Virus record (IMG/VR): IMGVR_UViG_3300021171_000008
Location: 1 to 64,000 of that record
Direction: 5' to 3' (one strand)
DNA from: a virus
DNA length: 64,000 nucleotides
Position numbers and translations under genes: made by a program. The notes beneath the pieces were generated by a model, which worked only from the letters and a program-made list of their open reading frames with translations, was not told the DNA's origin and ran no database searches. Shown piece by piece: positions 9,524 through 19,870 of the stretch; the stretch's first letter is position 1, and every line of letters begins with the position of its first letter.

Positions 9524-12500
9524 ATGGGCTCCAAGGGCGGGACCACTCAGCAAACGTCATCCTCTTCGGGGCCGCCTCCCCAGGTAATGGCTGAGTATCA
9601 GGGCTTAGTCGACCGCGCCACCAACGTCGCGAACCAGCCCTATCAACCCTACACGGGCGAACAGGTCGCCCCGCTGACCAGCCAGACGCAGGCAGGGCTC
9701 GGGGGAATCAGTCAGTACGCGGGCGCGGCGCAGCCCTATCTCGGTGCGGCGGGGGCGATGACGATGGGAGCGAGCGCTCCCGTCAATCCCGCGCAATTCC
9801 AAGGCATGGGTAGCCTTAGTCCTTTCATGAATCCGTACACGTCCTCGGTCGTCGACACGACCCAGGCCGAAATGAATAATCAGAACCAACAGCAAAGCCA
9901 ATTTTTAAACAGCGCCAACATCAGTTCTGGGGCGTTTGGCGGCGACCGCGCCGGCATCGGTCAATCGATCCTCGCCAACCAGCAGCAGCTCGCCGAAGCG
10001 CCGACGATCGCGGGCCTCAACCAAGCGAACTTCACCCAGGCGATGAGCGACTGGACGGGCCAGCAAGGCGTCAACCTCGCGGCGCAGCAAGCCAACCGGA
10101 GCGCCCAGCTCGCGGGCGGCGCCCAGCTCGGGCAGATCGGCTTGAGCGCGCAGAACGCGGGCATGCAGGGCGCACAGGCGGACATCCAGGCGGGCATGAT
10201 CCCGCAGCAGGAACAGCAGGCGATCGATACCGCCGCCCAGCAGATGTACCAGCAGGGCCAAGCCTATCCGTTCACGACGACGGGATGGCTCGGCAATATT
10301 ATCGAGGGCGTTGGCGGCCAATCAGGAGGCCAGAGCCAGACCACTTCGCCGGGACCGAACTCGATCACGCAGGGGCTCGGCGCGGCGTCGCAAGGCCTCG
10401 GCCTTCTCACCAGCCTCATCCCCGGCCTCTCGGACGTGCGCGCGAAGGAAAACGTGGAGGAGATCGGCAAGACCTACGACGGGCAGAACATCTACCGCTA
10501 CAATTTCAAGGGCGATCCGCGCACGCAGATCGGCTTAATCGCGCAGGAGGAGGCCTACCACGATCCTGGCAGCGTCCAGCGCGTTGGCATGGGCGATCTG
10601 CTCGGCATCGACTACGAGCGCGCGACGGAAGGCGCGGCCGAGCGCGGCCATTTCGCCGACGGCGGCGCGCCGGATCAAGGACCGCCTCCTGGCGGCATGA
10701 CGCAGGGCGTGACGCAGGGCGCCGGCCAGCCGCAGCAAAGACCGCAAGCGATGACGCCCGATCAGTCGCTCATGTACATGGGCGATCCCAGCGCGCGCGC
10801 GGGCATGGGCTCGTTCGCTCTCATGGGCGGGACCAATATGCATCCCCAGCCCGAGATGCCGATCGCGGGATCGCGAGGAGCGCCGCCGCCTCAAGTTCCA
10901 CTGGGTGGAGGTGGAGCTGGCCTGTCGCCTCTCGGCGCCCCCTTGGAGCCTATCTTCACAAGCCAACCCCAAGGCCAAGGGAGCGGCGGCGCGTGGCGCG
11001 GCGGGCGGCAGGGCTTCCAAGGCGGCGGCCAAGCCCCCGTCGCGGGTAACCCCGCGTTCGGCATGGCGACTCCTGGGTTCCAGCCTGGGGTCGATCCGCT
11101 GAATGATCTCGCGGGCGTTAACGAGGCCGTCTTCGGCGAGGAGACCGCCGGCTCCAAGAACCCCTACTACGGGCTCGATTTTGACCAGATCCAGGCGATC
11201 AGCGGCGGGCAGTGGATGCCGCCGCAGACCGGCGCGGTGCAGCCGGACTATGGGAACCTCCAGACCTCGCCCGAGTATGGCGCGGCCGAGTCTTCTCTCG
11301 CAGGGCAATTCGGAGGCGGCTACACGCCGGGATCGACGACGCTTGGACCCGGCGGCGCGGGCCCGACAGCTCCTGCCGCCAATGCTGGTGGCGGCAGCGG
11401 CTTCATGGGCGCCCCGGCGATGGGCGGGATTGTCGGCGGAGCGCGGAGTCCTGGCGCGATGGGCGCGGCCGGCGCGACGCAAGGCGGGCTGTCTCGGGGC
11501 CAGCTCTCCGATATCTTTAGCGAATATTTTGGCGGCGAGTCGCCTGCGCAGGCAGCGCCGCCGCAGGGGCCCCTCCCAGGTCACGCGGACGGTGGTCGCA
11601 TCGAGCGGCAGATGGGCGGTCCGACGTCGACTCTGGCGCTCCCCATCAATCAAGGGCCATGGGGCGTTCAGAGCGGCGGGAGCGGCGGCGGGACCCAGCC
11701 AGCGGCGAATAGTGGCGGCGGGGGCGGGCCATGGACGCAGATGATGGGCACCCCGAGCGCCATAAACCCGAGCGGCAACGCGCAAGTCGGCATGGCGAAC
11801 TGGGCCGGGTTCTCAGGCCCGCAAGGCATGATGGAAGCGGACGCGGAAGGCTTTAGGGCCGACGGAGGAGGAGTGAACATGAACGGTCGCTCTGGCTTCC
11901 AACGCGGAGGCAGCCCCTTCACCACGTACCAGCCCACGGCGAACCCGGCGCGCAATCCGCCGACCTACACCGCGCTCGACCTCTCGCACCTGTTCGGGGG
12001 CGGGCAGCCGCAGCAAGCGCCGCGCGCCATCCAGATCCAGCGTCAGCTCGGGCAGGCGCGCGCCAAGGCGGCGGTTCAGCGCGGCATGGTGCGCCCTCGC
12101 GTCATCGCGCCGGACCCGGTGACCGGCCAGCATCACGACATCACGCCGCAACCGGACCATCCTTCGACCGCGCGCTATCCCGGTTGGCCGACTCCTGGCC
12201 CTGGCTCTCCCGAAGGGCTGCCGATGTCGGCGCCACGATCGGTCGCGCCCGTGGGAGGTCAAGATCCCCAAGCCGCGAGGGGCCCGCTGCAGCTGAGTTC
12301 GCGCGGTCCTGGCATGGGCTATCCGGCCAGAGGCATAGTCCCGGCAGAGGCAGCAGGAACGCCTGAAGCAGGAACGCTGACCAATGCGGCGTTCCGGTAT
12401 CCCATGCCGAAGCAAGAGGTCCCTGCGAGATCTTCGCCGATTTATGAGGGCGGGCGCGGCCTCGCGACGGTCACGCCGCCGCTTGAGGCACGCAGGAGTG

Positions 12501-12769
12501 GAACAAGCCTTCGACCAGTGTCGAAGAGCCGATGGAGAGCCGCGAATTTTCAGAGGCTCCTACCGGGCGTCCGCTGGCCGCGCCGAGGCTCGTCGGCGCC
12601 GATCCGATGGGGCAAGGCCATAGCCTCTTGGCGCCGCACTCGATGCAGGCGCTCCCGCCGCCGTCGGGCGATGAAGCGCCCATGTGGACGAACGACAACG
12701 TCGACATCCCCGGCGTCTTCCGAGGCGCGGGCCGAGGGTTCACTGAGGCGCGCGGCGGTCGGGTCATGA
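9524..12769 (+). CDS. DNA ejection/internal virion protein with internal S74-like chaperone domain; probably continues into next ORF
   Basis: MGSKGGTTQQTS start, FMNPYT..SGAFGGDR, SDVRAKEN..IGLIAQE; last ~95 aa look out of frame. Confidence 0.65.
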   Translation: MGSKGGTTQQTSSSSGPPPQVMAEYQGLVDRATNVANQPYQPYTGEQVAPLTSQTQAGLGGISQYAGAAQPYLGAAGAMTMGASAPVNPAQFQGMGSLSPFMNPYTSSVVDTTQAEMNNQNQQQSQFLNSANISSGAFGGDRAGIGQSILANQQQLAEAPTIAGLNQANFTQAMSDWTGQQGVNLAAQQANRSAQLAGGAQLGQIGLSAQNAGMQGAQADIQAGMIPQQEQQAIDTAAQQMYQQGQAYPFTTTGWLGNIIEGVGGQSGGQSQTTSPGPNSITQGLGAASQGLGLLTSLIPGLSDVRAKENVEEIGKTYDGQNIYRYNFKGDPRTQIGLIAQEEAYHDPGSVQRVGMGDLLGIDYERATEGAAERGHFADGGAPDQGPPPGGMTQGVTQGAGQPQQRPQAMTPDQSLMYMGDPSARAGMGSFALMGGTNMHPQPEMPIAGSRGAPPPQVPLGGGGAGLSPLGAPLEPIFTSQPQGQGSGGAWRGGRQGFQGGGQAPVAGNPAFGMATPGFQPGVDPLNDLAGVNEAVFGEETAGSKNPYYGLDFDQIQAISGGQWMPPQTGAVQPDYGNLQTSPEYGAAESSLAGQFGGGYTPGSTTLGPGGAGPTAPAANAGGGSGFMGAPAMGGIVGGARSPGAMGAAGATQGGLSRGQLSDIFSEYFGGESPAQAAPPQGPLPGHADGGRIERQMGGPTSTLALPINQGPWGVQSGGSGGGTQPAANSGGGGGPWTQMMGTPSAINPSGNAQVGMANWAGFSGPQGMMEADAEGFRADGGGVNMNGRSGFQRGGSPFTTYQPTANPARNPPTYTALDLSHLFGGGQPQQAPRAIQIQRQLGQARAKAAVQRGMVRPRVIAPDPVTGQHHDITPQPDHPSTARYPGWPTPGPGSPEGLPMSAPRSVAPVGGQDPQAARGPLQLSSRGPGMGYPARGIVPAEAAGTPEAGTLTNAAFRYPMPKQEVPARSSPIYEGGRGLATVTPPLEARRSGTSLRPVSKSRWRAANFQRLLPGVRWPRRGSSAPIRWGKAIASWRRTRCRRSRRRRAMKRPCGRTTTSTSPASSEARAEGSLRRAAVGS

Positions 12770-15700
12770 GGCTGGCAGGAGGCCGGATCGGGTTCGCCGA
12801 TGGCGGCGATATCGACACGTCCTACGGCCCGCAACAGTCCGTAAGCGATCTGAGCGATGCGCAATTCGGGAGCGCGCTTCAGGATGAGATGAACCAAGCG
12901 GGCTCCGGCAACCTCGGCTGGATCGACCAGCTGGATACCTCGTCGATGGGTTCATCGCCCCGGCGCGCTCAGATCGATCCGCGAGCTGTCGCCCAAGCGC
13001 CTAGCTTCCAGGGCGCTGGCGGCGGCGGAGGCGGCGGTCCGCCCTTCACTCAAGTCTCAAACATGGGCGGGCCGCCGATCTCCGCGCTCGACCTTTCGGG
13101 CCACTACACGCCGACGACCGGCAACGCTCGGGGGGCGACCTACGTCCCTGGCTCTCCTGGGGCCGGCATCAGCCCGAACGCGCGCGCTCAAGCGCCGGAG
13201 CATCCTGCGATCAAGATGGCTCGGCATATCTACGCGGCGGGCCATGCGGCGGGGAGGAAAGCGGCGGCGGCGCCAAATATCGACACGTCCTACGGCCCGC
13301 AGCTCTCGGACAAGATCGATACGTCCTACGGACCGCAGCAGCCGCCTGCAGCCTATGGCCACAGCTCGATCTCGCCCAGCTTCCAAGGCGGCGGCGGCGT
13401 CATGGGCTCCTCGCCCGTGATGAACGCGGGCGGCTACACGCCACAGGGCGAGGGCGTGACCGGCCAGACCTCGCAGGGCCGAGGCATGGGTTTCGGCGAC
13501 CTGTTCGGAGGCGGCGATCGGGCTGGCTTCGCCAGCGGCGGGCTGTCTTCCACAGCCGATCCGTTCCTGGCTGAGATCACAGCTTCGATGCCGCAGGCGC
13601 AAGGTGGGGGCGGGCACGGGCCTCCTGCGCCGCCTCCACCGGCGCCCCCTCCGCCGGCCGGCCAAGATCCGACGAAGGGGCTCGGCGACAGCCTGGGCAA
13701 GCTCGGCACCGCCGCGAAGAAATTCATGGGCCAGGACGCCGGCAACCAGACGACGCCGCAGAATTTGTCGCCGGCTGATCAGGCCACCATGCCGAACTTC
13801 ACGCCGGCCGACACGTCGACGATAGACGCTGGGATGTCAGGCTCCGTCTTTGACGGGCTCCAAGACTCGGATCTCGGCTTTAAGACAGGAGGTGGCGTAG
13901 GGCTTGGCTCCCTGCGCGGTGGCTTTTCAGATGGGGGGACGCCCGATACGGCCGATGCGCCCTCTGGGTTCGATCTCGCCGTTACGGGCGCTGCGCCGGT
14001 AGCCGCTCCGACGGGCGGTGGCGCCGCTCCTGCGGTGCCGGACTTGATCAAGCAGAACTTCGGCAGTCGGGCTGGATACGCCTCGACCATCTCCTCGCTC
14101 GAAAGCGGTTATGGCAAGAACTATGTCGGCGATGACAGCTCGTCGTTCGGGCCATTCCAGCTGCATATGGGCGGGCTCAGCGAGAAATATCCCCACCCTG
14201 GCCTCGGCGATGAGTTCAAGAAACAGACTGGCCTCGATGCGCGCGATCCCAAGACCGTGCCGCAACAGATCGCCTTCGTTTCGGACTACACGGCCAAGCA
14301 CGGCTGGAACGACTGGTCGACGAAGGCTCAAGCAGACAAGATAGCGGGCGGAGCCGACGTCCCGAGCGCGAGCGCTCAGCCCGCCCAAGCGAGCACGGAA
14401 TCCTACGGCGGCGGCTTCCAGCTTCCTGGCCCAAGCCAGAGCGGTCCTCCACCGGGCCAGCTGGACCGATCGAATCTCCAGGCGCCCACCATGGGCGACG
14501 AGCTGAAGCACGATCCTGGCGGTTACCTGATGAGCGTCGGCGCGGCGATGATGGCCAGCCGCTCGCCCTGGCTGGGCGTCGGCATCGGCGAGGGCCTCGT
14601 GGCCGGCAACAAATATCTCCAAGAGCAAAAGGAGCTGGAGAAGAGCTGGGGCTCGACCCAGGCGCAAATCAACAACCTGTCGCAGGAAGCGCGCGACCAT
14701 GGCGCGGACGCGGATCTGAAGGCCCAGCAGATCCAGATGGGCGCGCTGAATATGAGGCTCTATATGGCGGTGCTGCGCCAGAAGGGCTTGCTCGGCGGGG
14801 GGAGCACTAGCGACGGATCGGCCCCGTCAGGGCCCACAGGAGGCCCAGCAGCGCCCTCGACGGGTCTCAAGCCCTTCACGGGCCTCGGCGACCAGACGGG
14901 CTCCAGCGCGGCTCCTGGCGGCCCTGGTGGGCCGTCTGGCGCGGCTCCTGCGGGCAGCATCCCTAGCCTCAACGATGACCCAGCCTATAAGGCGGGCGTC
15001 GCCCTGGAAGCGCAGGGCAATCAGCAAAACATCATCAGGCCGGGGATCGGCAACGATCTTATCACAAAAGGCAAGGCCCAGCAGGAAGCCGCGAAAGCAG
15101 CCTGGGATAAGAAGGCCGAGATCGCGGCCAAGGGGCAAGAGGCGGTAACGTCGGCGACGACCGAGGCGCAGAAGCCTGCCCTTCAGTCCTATATAGAGAA
15201 CAGGCAGAAATTCGAGCAGAACTACGACCAGACCCGGAGCGAAATCTCCGAGCTGTCGAACATCTACCAGCATTTCCAGGCCGGTCGTTCGACCGAGGCG
15301 CAAGCCGAGCTGGCGAGCTGGGCGAATGCTTTCGGCCTCAAGCTGCCCCAAGCGGCGGGCTTCGACGCCGGAATGAAGTCGGCGATTCAGCAGGCCTTCG
15401 CTGCTGTCGCCAACTCGGGGCTCCAGAAAGCGCCGCGCGCGGGATTGCGCGAGGCCACGATGATGGTCGCCTCGCCATCGCGCGACCCGGCCGCGTTGCG
15501 CAAGATCCTCACCGATCAGCTCGCGACGCTCGATTACAATCACGATCTCTACCAGAACGTCCCTGGCCACAATCTGAGTGTCAGCGATGACATCGAGGGC
15601 TTCACCAAGGCGCACAAGTACGAGGACTATCTGGGCAAGGCGCGGAAAGAGATTCCGCTGTTCAAGGGCATCACGCCCGAGACGCTGAAGACTACGACCG

Positions 15701-15825
15701 GCGAAGATTGGCCGGCACCGGCTTTGCCGAGCGGCCTCCCGGCTGGGACGAGGTGGAGTCCATCGCAAGAGAAGTGGTTCGACCCGTCGGGGAGGGCTTA
15801 CGACCAGACTGGGAAACCGATCTGA
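12532..15825 (+). CDS. Large internal virion/ejection protein with lysozyme-like segment
   Basis: ISSLESGYG..SSFGPFQL transglycosylase-like motif; many FAxGG motifs. Confidence 0.6.
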   Translation: MESREFSEAPTGRPLAAPRLVGADPMGQGHSLLAPHSMQALPPPSGDEAPMWTNDNVDIPGVFRGAGRGFTEARGGRVMRLAGGRIGFADGGDIDTSYGPQQSVSDLSDAQFGSALQDEMNQAGSGNLGWIDQLDTSSMGSSPRRAQIDPRAVAQAPSFQGAGGGGGGGPPFTQVSNMGGPPISALDLSGHYTPTTGNARGATYVPGSPGAGISPNARAQAPEHPAIKMARHIYAAGHAAGRKAAAAPNIDTSYGPQLSDKIDTSYGPQQPPAAYGHSSISPSFQGGGGVMGSSPVMNAGGYTPQGEGVTGQTSQGRGMGFGDLFGGGDRAGFASGGLSSTADPFLAEITASMPQAQGGGGHGPPAPPPPAPPPPAGQDPTKGLGDSLGKLGTAAKKFMGQDAGNQTTPQNLSPADQATMPNFTPADTSTIDAGMSGSVFDGLQDSDLGFKTGGGVGLGSLRGGFSDGGTPDTADAPSGFDLAVTGAAPVAAPTGGGAAPAVPDLIKQNFGSRAGYASTISSLESGYGKNYVGDDSSSFGPFQLHMGGLSEKYPHPGLGDEFKKQTGLDARDPKTVPQQIAFVSDYTAKHGWNDWSTKAQADKIAGGADVPSASAQPAQASTESYGGGFQLPGPSQSGPPPGQLDRSNLQAPTMGDELKHDPGGYLMSVGAAMMASRSPWLGVGIGEGLVAGNKYLQEQKELEKSWGSTQAQINNLSQEARDHGADADLKAQQIQMGALNMRLYMAVLRQKGLLGGGSTSDGSAPSGPTGGPAAPSTGLKPFTGLGDQTGSSAAPGGPGGPSGAAPAGSIPSLNDDPAYKAGVALEAQGNQQNIIRPGIGNDLITKGKAQQEAAKAAWDKKAEIAAKGQEAVTSATTEAQKPALQSYIENRQKFEQNYDQTRSEISELSNIYQHFQAGRSTEAQAELASWANAFGLKLPQAAGFDAGMKSAIQQAFAAVANSGLQKAPRAGLREATMMVASPSRDPAALRKILTDQLATLDYNHDLYQNVPGHNLSVSDDIEGFTKAHKYEDYLGKARKEIPLFKGITPETLKTTTGEDWPAPALPSGLPAGTRWSPSQEKWFDPSGRAYDQTGKPI

Positions 15826-17762
15826 TGGCCGCGCTCCCCGATGATCTGGTTGACCCGGCACCGCCGCCTTCTGCTGCGCCCGCTGCGCCCGCGCTCCCGA
15901 GTGATCTCGTCGATCCAGCTGGCGCAGCTCCAACTGCGGGAGCTGGCGATAGCGATAGCGCCGCAGGCGCCTTCGGTTACGGCGTGATCAAGGGCATTCC
16001 TGGCGGCTCAACTATCGCCTCGCATGGAGTTCCGATCGCCATGCGTATTGGCAACGCCCTGAACTGGCTGAAGGGCGGCCCCAACGCAGACCAAATAAAA
16101 GCCATGGGCGGGGTGCCCCAAGATGCTGACGCGGCAAGCGCGGCGCTGTCGTCCAAGGGCAAGGCAGCGGCTGAAGAACACCCATGGCTTTATACGGCGG
16201 GAACCGCGCTCCCGATGGCTTTGGCTCCTGGGAGCGGCTCAGTCGCGGGGGCGGCTGGCTACGGCGGAGCGCTTGGCGTCAGCGAGGGCGTCGATGAAGG
16301 CGACAGCTACGCCGGCATCGCCACCAAGGGGGTTCTTGGCGCGGCTGGAGGAGGTCTTGGAGCCGCCGCCATAAACAAGGTCGTTCCCGTTTTTGGAGAC
16401 GCCACGCGCAAGGCCGTTCTTGAAGCCGCACAGCGCTTGAACACGACCATGCCGCGCTTCGCGGCCTCGACGAGCCCGCTTGTTAAGCGTGCGGGCATGA
16501 TTGGCTTCAGCGTCCCTGGCATGTCGACGCCGATCGAGGAAGCAACCCACGCATCAGTGTCAGGAATGGGCGCTGCTGCGGAGCAGACGGCGGCTGGCGC
16601 GACGAAGCAAACCGCTGGCGAGGCGGCGAGCACCGGCCTCAAGGATTGGATCGGACCAACCTCACAAGGCGAAGTCGACGCCTACTACAACCGCGCCAAC
16701 GCCGCGATGAATCAGAGCGCCAAAACGCCGCTCTATACGACGCAGTCCATCGCCAGTCAGATCGCCCAACGCCGACAAGCCGCCGGCATCTCAGGCACCG
16801 GAGGCGCGGTCGACCACGTCATGGATGCGCTCCAGCGGCCCGGTGGGCTGACATACAACGGCATCAAAGATCTGCGGTCGAGCGTCGGCGAAATGATGAA
16901 CCAGAGCATCCTCCCGCAGGGGATGTCTGGGGCCGAGCTGAAACAAATCTACAGCGGCTTGAGCACCGATCTCGATCGCGCAGCGTATACGGCTGGTGGC
17001 CAGCAAGGATTGCAGCTGCACAACGCCGCGAACGCTTTCGCGAAACAAACCGCCGACCGCCGGGATCAGTTATCCGCGCTCTTGGGTGGTCCGAAGGCGG
17101 GTGCGTCGGATGAGGCGGTCTTTCAGGCGCTCAAGACCGCCGCTGGCAAAACAGGCGGAGCAGACATCGATCTCTTGAGGAAAGCGAGCACGGCCATTAC
17201 GCCGCAGAGCTGGGACCATGTCGCTCGTGGCATGGTTTCGACGCTGGGCCGAGACGCCGATGGCAACTTTAGCCCGCAGCGTTTCATAACCGATTACGGG
17301 AAAATCTCGGACGACGCGAAGGGCGTCCTGTTTGGGCAGAATCCCCAGCTGCGCCAGAACCTCGACGACCTCCACACTGTATCATCACAGTGGAAGAGCC
17401 TTTACAAATACGCGAACCCCTCGGGGACCGCCGGACATGGCGCGGGCATCGGCATGGCGATCGAGGGCTGGCGCCACCCGCTTAAAACGCTCGGGCTGTA
17501 TCTCACTGGATCAGGCGTTGGCAAACTCTTGGCGACCCCTGCGGGCGCAGGAGGAGCCGCAAATTTTGTGAGGGCAGTAGGCTCTGGGAATCTCAACGCG
17601 ATCCGAGACGCGGCGACGCGGGTTTCGGCGACCGCAGGGGCACAGTTTGGCGCGCGCGTCGATCCTATGGCGCTGGCCGCCTTGGCGATGGAGCGGCCTT
17701 GGGAAGGAGAAGGTGGAGAGCACGGCGCAGGGGATACAGGCGGCGGCGGGCAGCCTCAATGA
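15825..17762 (+). CDS. Ejection protein (P22 gp16/gp20-type position)
   Basis: TGATG overlap; Ala/Gly-rich; FSPQRFITDYGK..ANPSGTA motif. Confidence 0.6.
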   Translation: MAALPDDLVDPAPPPSAAPAAPALPSDLVDPAGAAPTAGAGDSDSAAGAFGYGVIKGIPGGSTIASHGVPIAMRIGNALNWLKGGPNADQIKAMGGVPQDADAASAALSSKGKAAAEEHPWLYTAGTALPMALAPGSGSVAGAAGYGGALGVSEGVDEGDSYAGIATKGVLGAAGGGLGAAAINKVVPVFGDATRKAVLEAAQRLNTTMPRFAASTSPLVKRAGMIGFSVPGMSTPIEEATHASVSGMGAAAEQTAAGATKQTAGEAASTGLKDWIGPTSQGEVDAYYNRANAAMNQSAKTPLYTTQSIASQIAQRRQAAGISGTGGAVDHVMDALQRPGGLTYNGIKDLRSSVGEMMNQSILPQGMSGAELKQIYSGLSTDLDRAAYTAGGQQGLQLHNAANAFAKQTADRRDQLSALLGGPKAGASDEAVFQALKTAAGKTGGADIDLLRKASTAITPQSWDHVARGMVSTLGRDADGNFSPQRFITDYGKISDDAKGVLFGQNPQLRQNLDDLHTVSSQWKSLYKYANPSGTAGHGAGIGMAIEGWRHPLKTLGLYLTGSGVGKLLATPAGAGGAANFVRAVGSGNLNAIRDAATRVSATAGAQFGARVDPMALAALAMERPWEGEGGEHGAGDTGGGGQPQ

Positions 17763-17964
17763 GAGCCGCGCGCGCCTCGCGCGTCTCGCGCGCATTGTAT
17801 TCCTCCAACGACTCCCCGCCTCGCGCCTTCTGCGCCCTCCAATATTCCTGCGCCCATTTTTCGCGCTCCTCGGTTTCCTTGCGGTCGTTAGAACCGCCGA
17901 AAAGCACTTCGGCGAGAAGGATAAGGATGAAGGTTGCGGGGGAAACAATCCAAATGACGGTCAC
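17665..17964 (-). CDS. Small membrane protein (moron-like, own promoter)
   Basis: GTG start after GGAGTCGAA RBS; CTTGCA-N16-CTATAT promoter; N-terminal hydrophobic helix. Confidence 0.5.
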   Translation of the reverse strand: MTVIWIVSPATFILILLAEVLFGGSNDRKETEEREKWAQEYWRAQKARGGESLEEYNARETREARAALIEAARRRLYPLRRALHLLLPKAAPSPRRPAP

Positions 17965-18093
17965 GGTTTCGACTCCTGTAGGCGACATAAATATAGCGTT
18001 ATTTGCACGATCTGCAAGTGCCGGTCAGGGCTCGCACACCTTGTCCGAAGCGGCAGTCGGTACCATGCTTCAGCGGACGCGATGGTCATCAGG

Positions 18094-18423
18094 TCAGGCC
18101 TCCCGGCGCCGCTGCGCTGCCGCTTCAAGATCTTCTGCTCGGCGAATGAGCCCTGCGGCTCTCGCCCTCAACTGCTCGGCGCGCCTGATCAGAAATTCTG
18201 GGGCGACCTCATTGGCCGTGAAGCGTTCGCCGTCGATGGCGAGTTCCAATTGATCGGATTCCAGCTCAGTTGCGATGATCTGTCGGAGGCGAGTCCGGCC
18301 CAGGCGCTCGCGGGTTTTTTCCGGCAGGCTTGCCCAGACTGCGTCTTCAAGCGTGGTGGAGCGGTGCTTGTCGGCAAGGGCGGCTTGGATACGGTCTGTG
18401 ATGGGGGTCTGGTCATCTTGCAT
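18094..18423 (-). CDS. Hypothetical protein
   Basis: ORF divergent from 18482. Confidence 0.4.
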   Translation of the reverse strand: MQDDQTPITDRIQAALADKHRSTTLEDAVWASLPEKTRERLGRTRLRQIIATELESDQLELAIDGERFTANEVAPEFLIRRAEQLRARAAGLIRRAEDLEAAAQRRREA

Positions 18424-18481
18424 CTGGCTGTCTCTCGCGTCACCCTTCCGATCCCCTACCATGACGTGAGAGACACCGAAA

Positions 18482-18787
18482 GTGGCGATTACAAGAGACA
18501 GAGAAGGACCCATTCAGCGGGTGATACTGGCGACGCTGACGCGGTTAAACAACCTCACTGTTCTCGATTTGACGGCGATAGGGCTCAAGATCGAGCGCGA
18601 GAAAGCGACAGACATCCACATCAGAAGCGTGAAGCGCGCGCTGAAGCGTCTAATCGAAACTGGGAAGGTCATCGAAACCCGCTTTCGCACAAAGAACGGG
18701 GAGAAACAATATTCGCTCGTAGGCGGAGCCCAAAGGAAGCGCGAGCGGAAACCGCCGCCGCGAAAACCGCTATCGGTCGTCAAATAG
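18482..18787 (+). CDS. Small basic putative winged-helix DNA-binding protein
   Basis: SVKRALKRLIETGKVIE wHTH-like segment. Confidence 0.4.
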   Translation: MAITRDREGPIQRVILATLTRLNNLTVLDLTAIGLKIEREKATDIHIRSVKRALKRLIETGKVIETRFRTKNGEKQYSLVGGAQRKRERKPPPRKPLSVVK

Positions 18788-18796
18788 GAGGCCGCC

Positions 18797-19798
18797 ACGG
18801 CTAGCACGTACACCCCCAACCTCGCCCTCGAAATTCCGGCCCACGGCGACTACGCGGCGACGGGTTGGGACAATCCGATGGACAACTCGCTCAATCAGCT
18901 CGACACGGGTTATGGCGGGTTTCTCTCCCTCTCGTGCACAGGCGGCAGCCTCTCCCTCACCGTCGCCCAGGCCTCGAACCCGGTCATCGAGCTGTACGGC
19001 ACGCTCTCCAGCGACCAGTACATCTCCTTCCCGCCGATCGCCGGCCGCCGCGTCATCATCCAGGCCATCAATCTCAATGGTTTCACGCTCTATGTGCGCG
19101 GCAACAACTTCAACGACCCGACCGGGATCTATTTCTTCACCAGCTTCGGCATTCCCTATCCGATCATCGTCACCCCGAGTCGGGTCTACTGGGATTACGG
19201 TCCCGTCGGGCCGGGGACGATCGCGGAGATGCCGACGACGTTCATTCACAATGGCTGGCTGCCGTGCGACGGCCGCTATGTGAGTCAGACGCAGCACGAT
19301 CTCCTGTACGACATCATTGGCGGGACCTGGGGGATCAGCGGCGCCTATTTCGCGCTTCCCGATTATCGCGGGTCGGTGACCGCGATGGCGGACAACATCG
19401 GCGCCGTCCCGGCCTCGGGGCCTTACTCCGTCAATGAGGGTAGCCGGGGCGTCCTGAACGGCTGGGGGGTGGTGACCTTCGCGGGCGAGGCGGCGCATCA
19501 GCTTCAGGTCGCCGAGCTGCCGGGGCACAATCACCCCGGCAGCGGGGACTCGGGGCACGCGCACGGCGTCTACGATCCTGGCCACGCGCATGGCGGGGTC
19601 GTCACCGGCTTGTCAGTGCCGGGACCGATAGCGGGCGGACAGGGCGGCAATCTCGCCATGGGCGTCTCCGCTGCGGCGGGAACCGGCATCGGCATCGAGG
19701 TCGGTTACGCCAACATCGTCGTCGCGGCGCAAGGCAGCTGGGTGGCCCACAACAACGTCCAACCGACGACATGCACAATGAAGATGATCAGGTGGTAG
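18797..19798 (+). CDS. Tail collar-domain tail protein (apparent ACG start)
   Basis: GWLPCDG..LYDIIGGTWG..FALPDYRG collar motif; ASTYTPNL N-terminus after AGGAGG. Confidence 0.75.
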   Translation, partial: TASTYTPNLALEIPAHGDYAATGWDNPMDNSLNQLDTGYGGFLSLSCTGGSLSLTVAQASNPVIELYGTLSSDQYISFPPIAGRRVIIQAINLNGFTLYVRGNNFNDPTGIYFFTSFGIPYPIIVTPSRVYWDYGPVGPGTIAEMPTTFIHNGWLPCDGRYVSQTQHDLLYDIIGGTWGISGAYFALPDYRGSVTAMADNIGAVPASGPYSVNEGSRGVLNGWGVVTFAGEAAHQLQVAELPGHNHPGSGDSGHAHGVYDPGHAHGGVVTGLSVPGPIAGGQGGNLAMGVSAAAGTGIGIEVGYANIVVAAQGSWVAHNNVQPTTCTMKMIRW

Positions 19799-19870
19799 CC
19801 CAACGGTCACGGAATCGTGTTATCGCCTGAGGGCTCGAAAGGGAGAGACCCCCCAAAAGGAGAAAAAGCA

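Noticed and set aside
18060-18095. CTGATGA on minus strand (also 14527 and 29361 on plus) as extra hammerheads
   Set aside because: No GAAA/NUH core or compatible stems nearby.
17647-18804. Long ORFs such as 17647-18804(+), 36841-38229(+) and many antisense ORFs
   Set aside because: Shadow frames in high-GC DNA overlapping better-supported genes.
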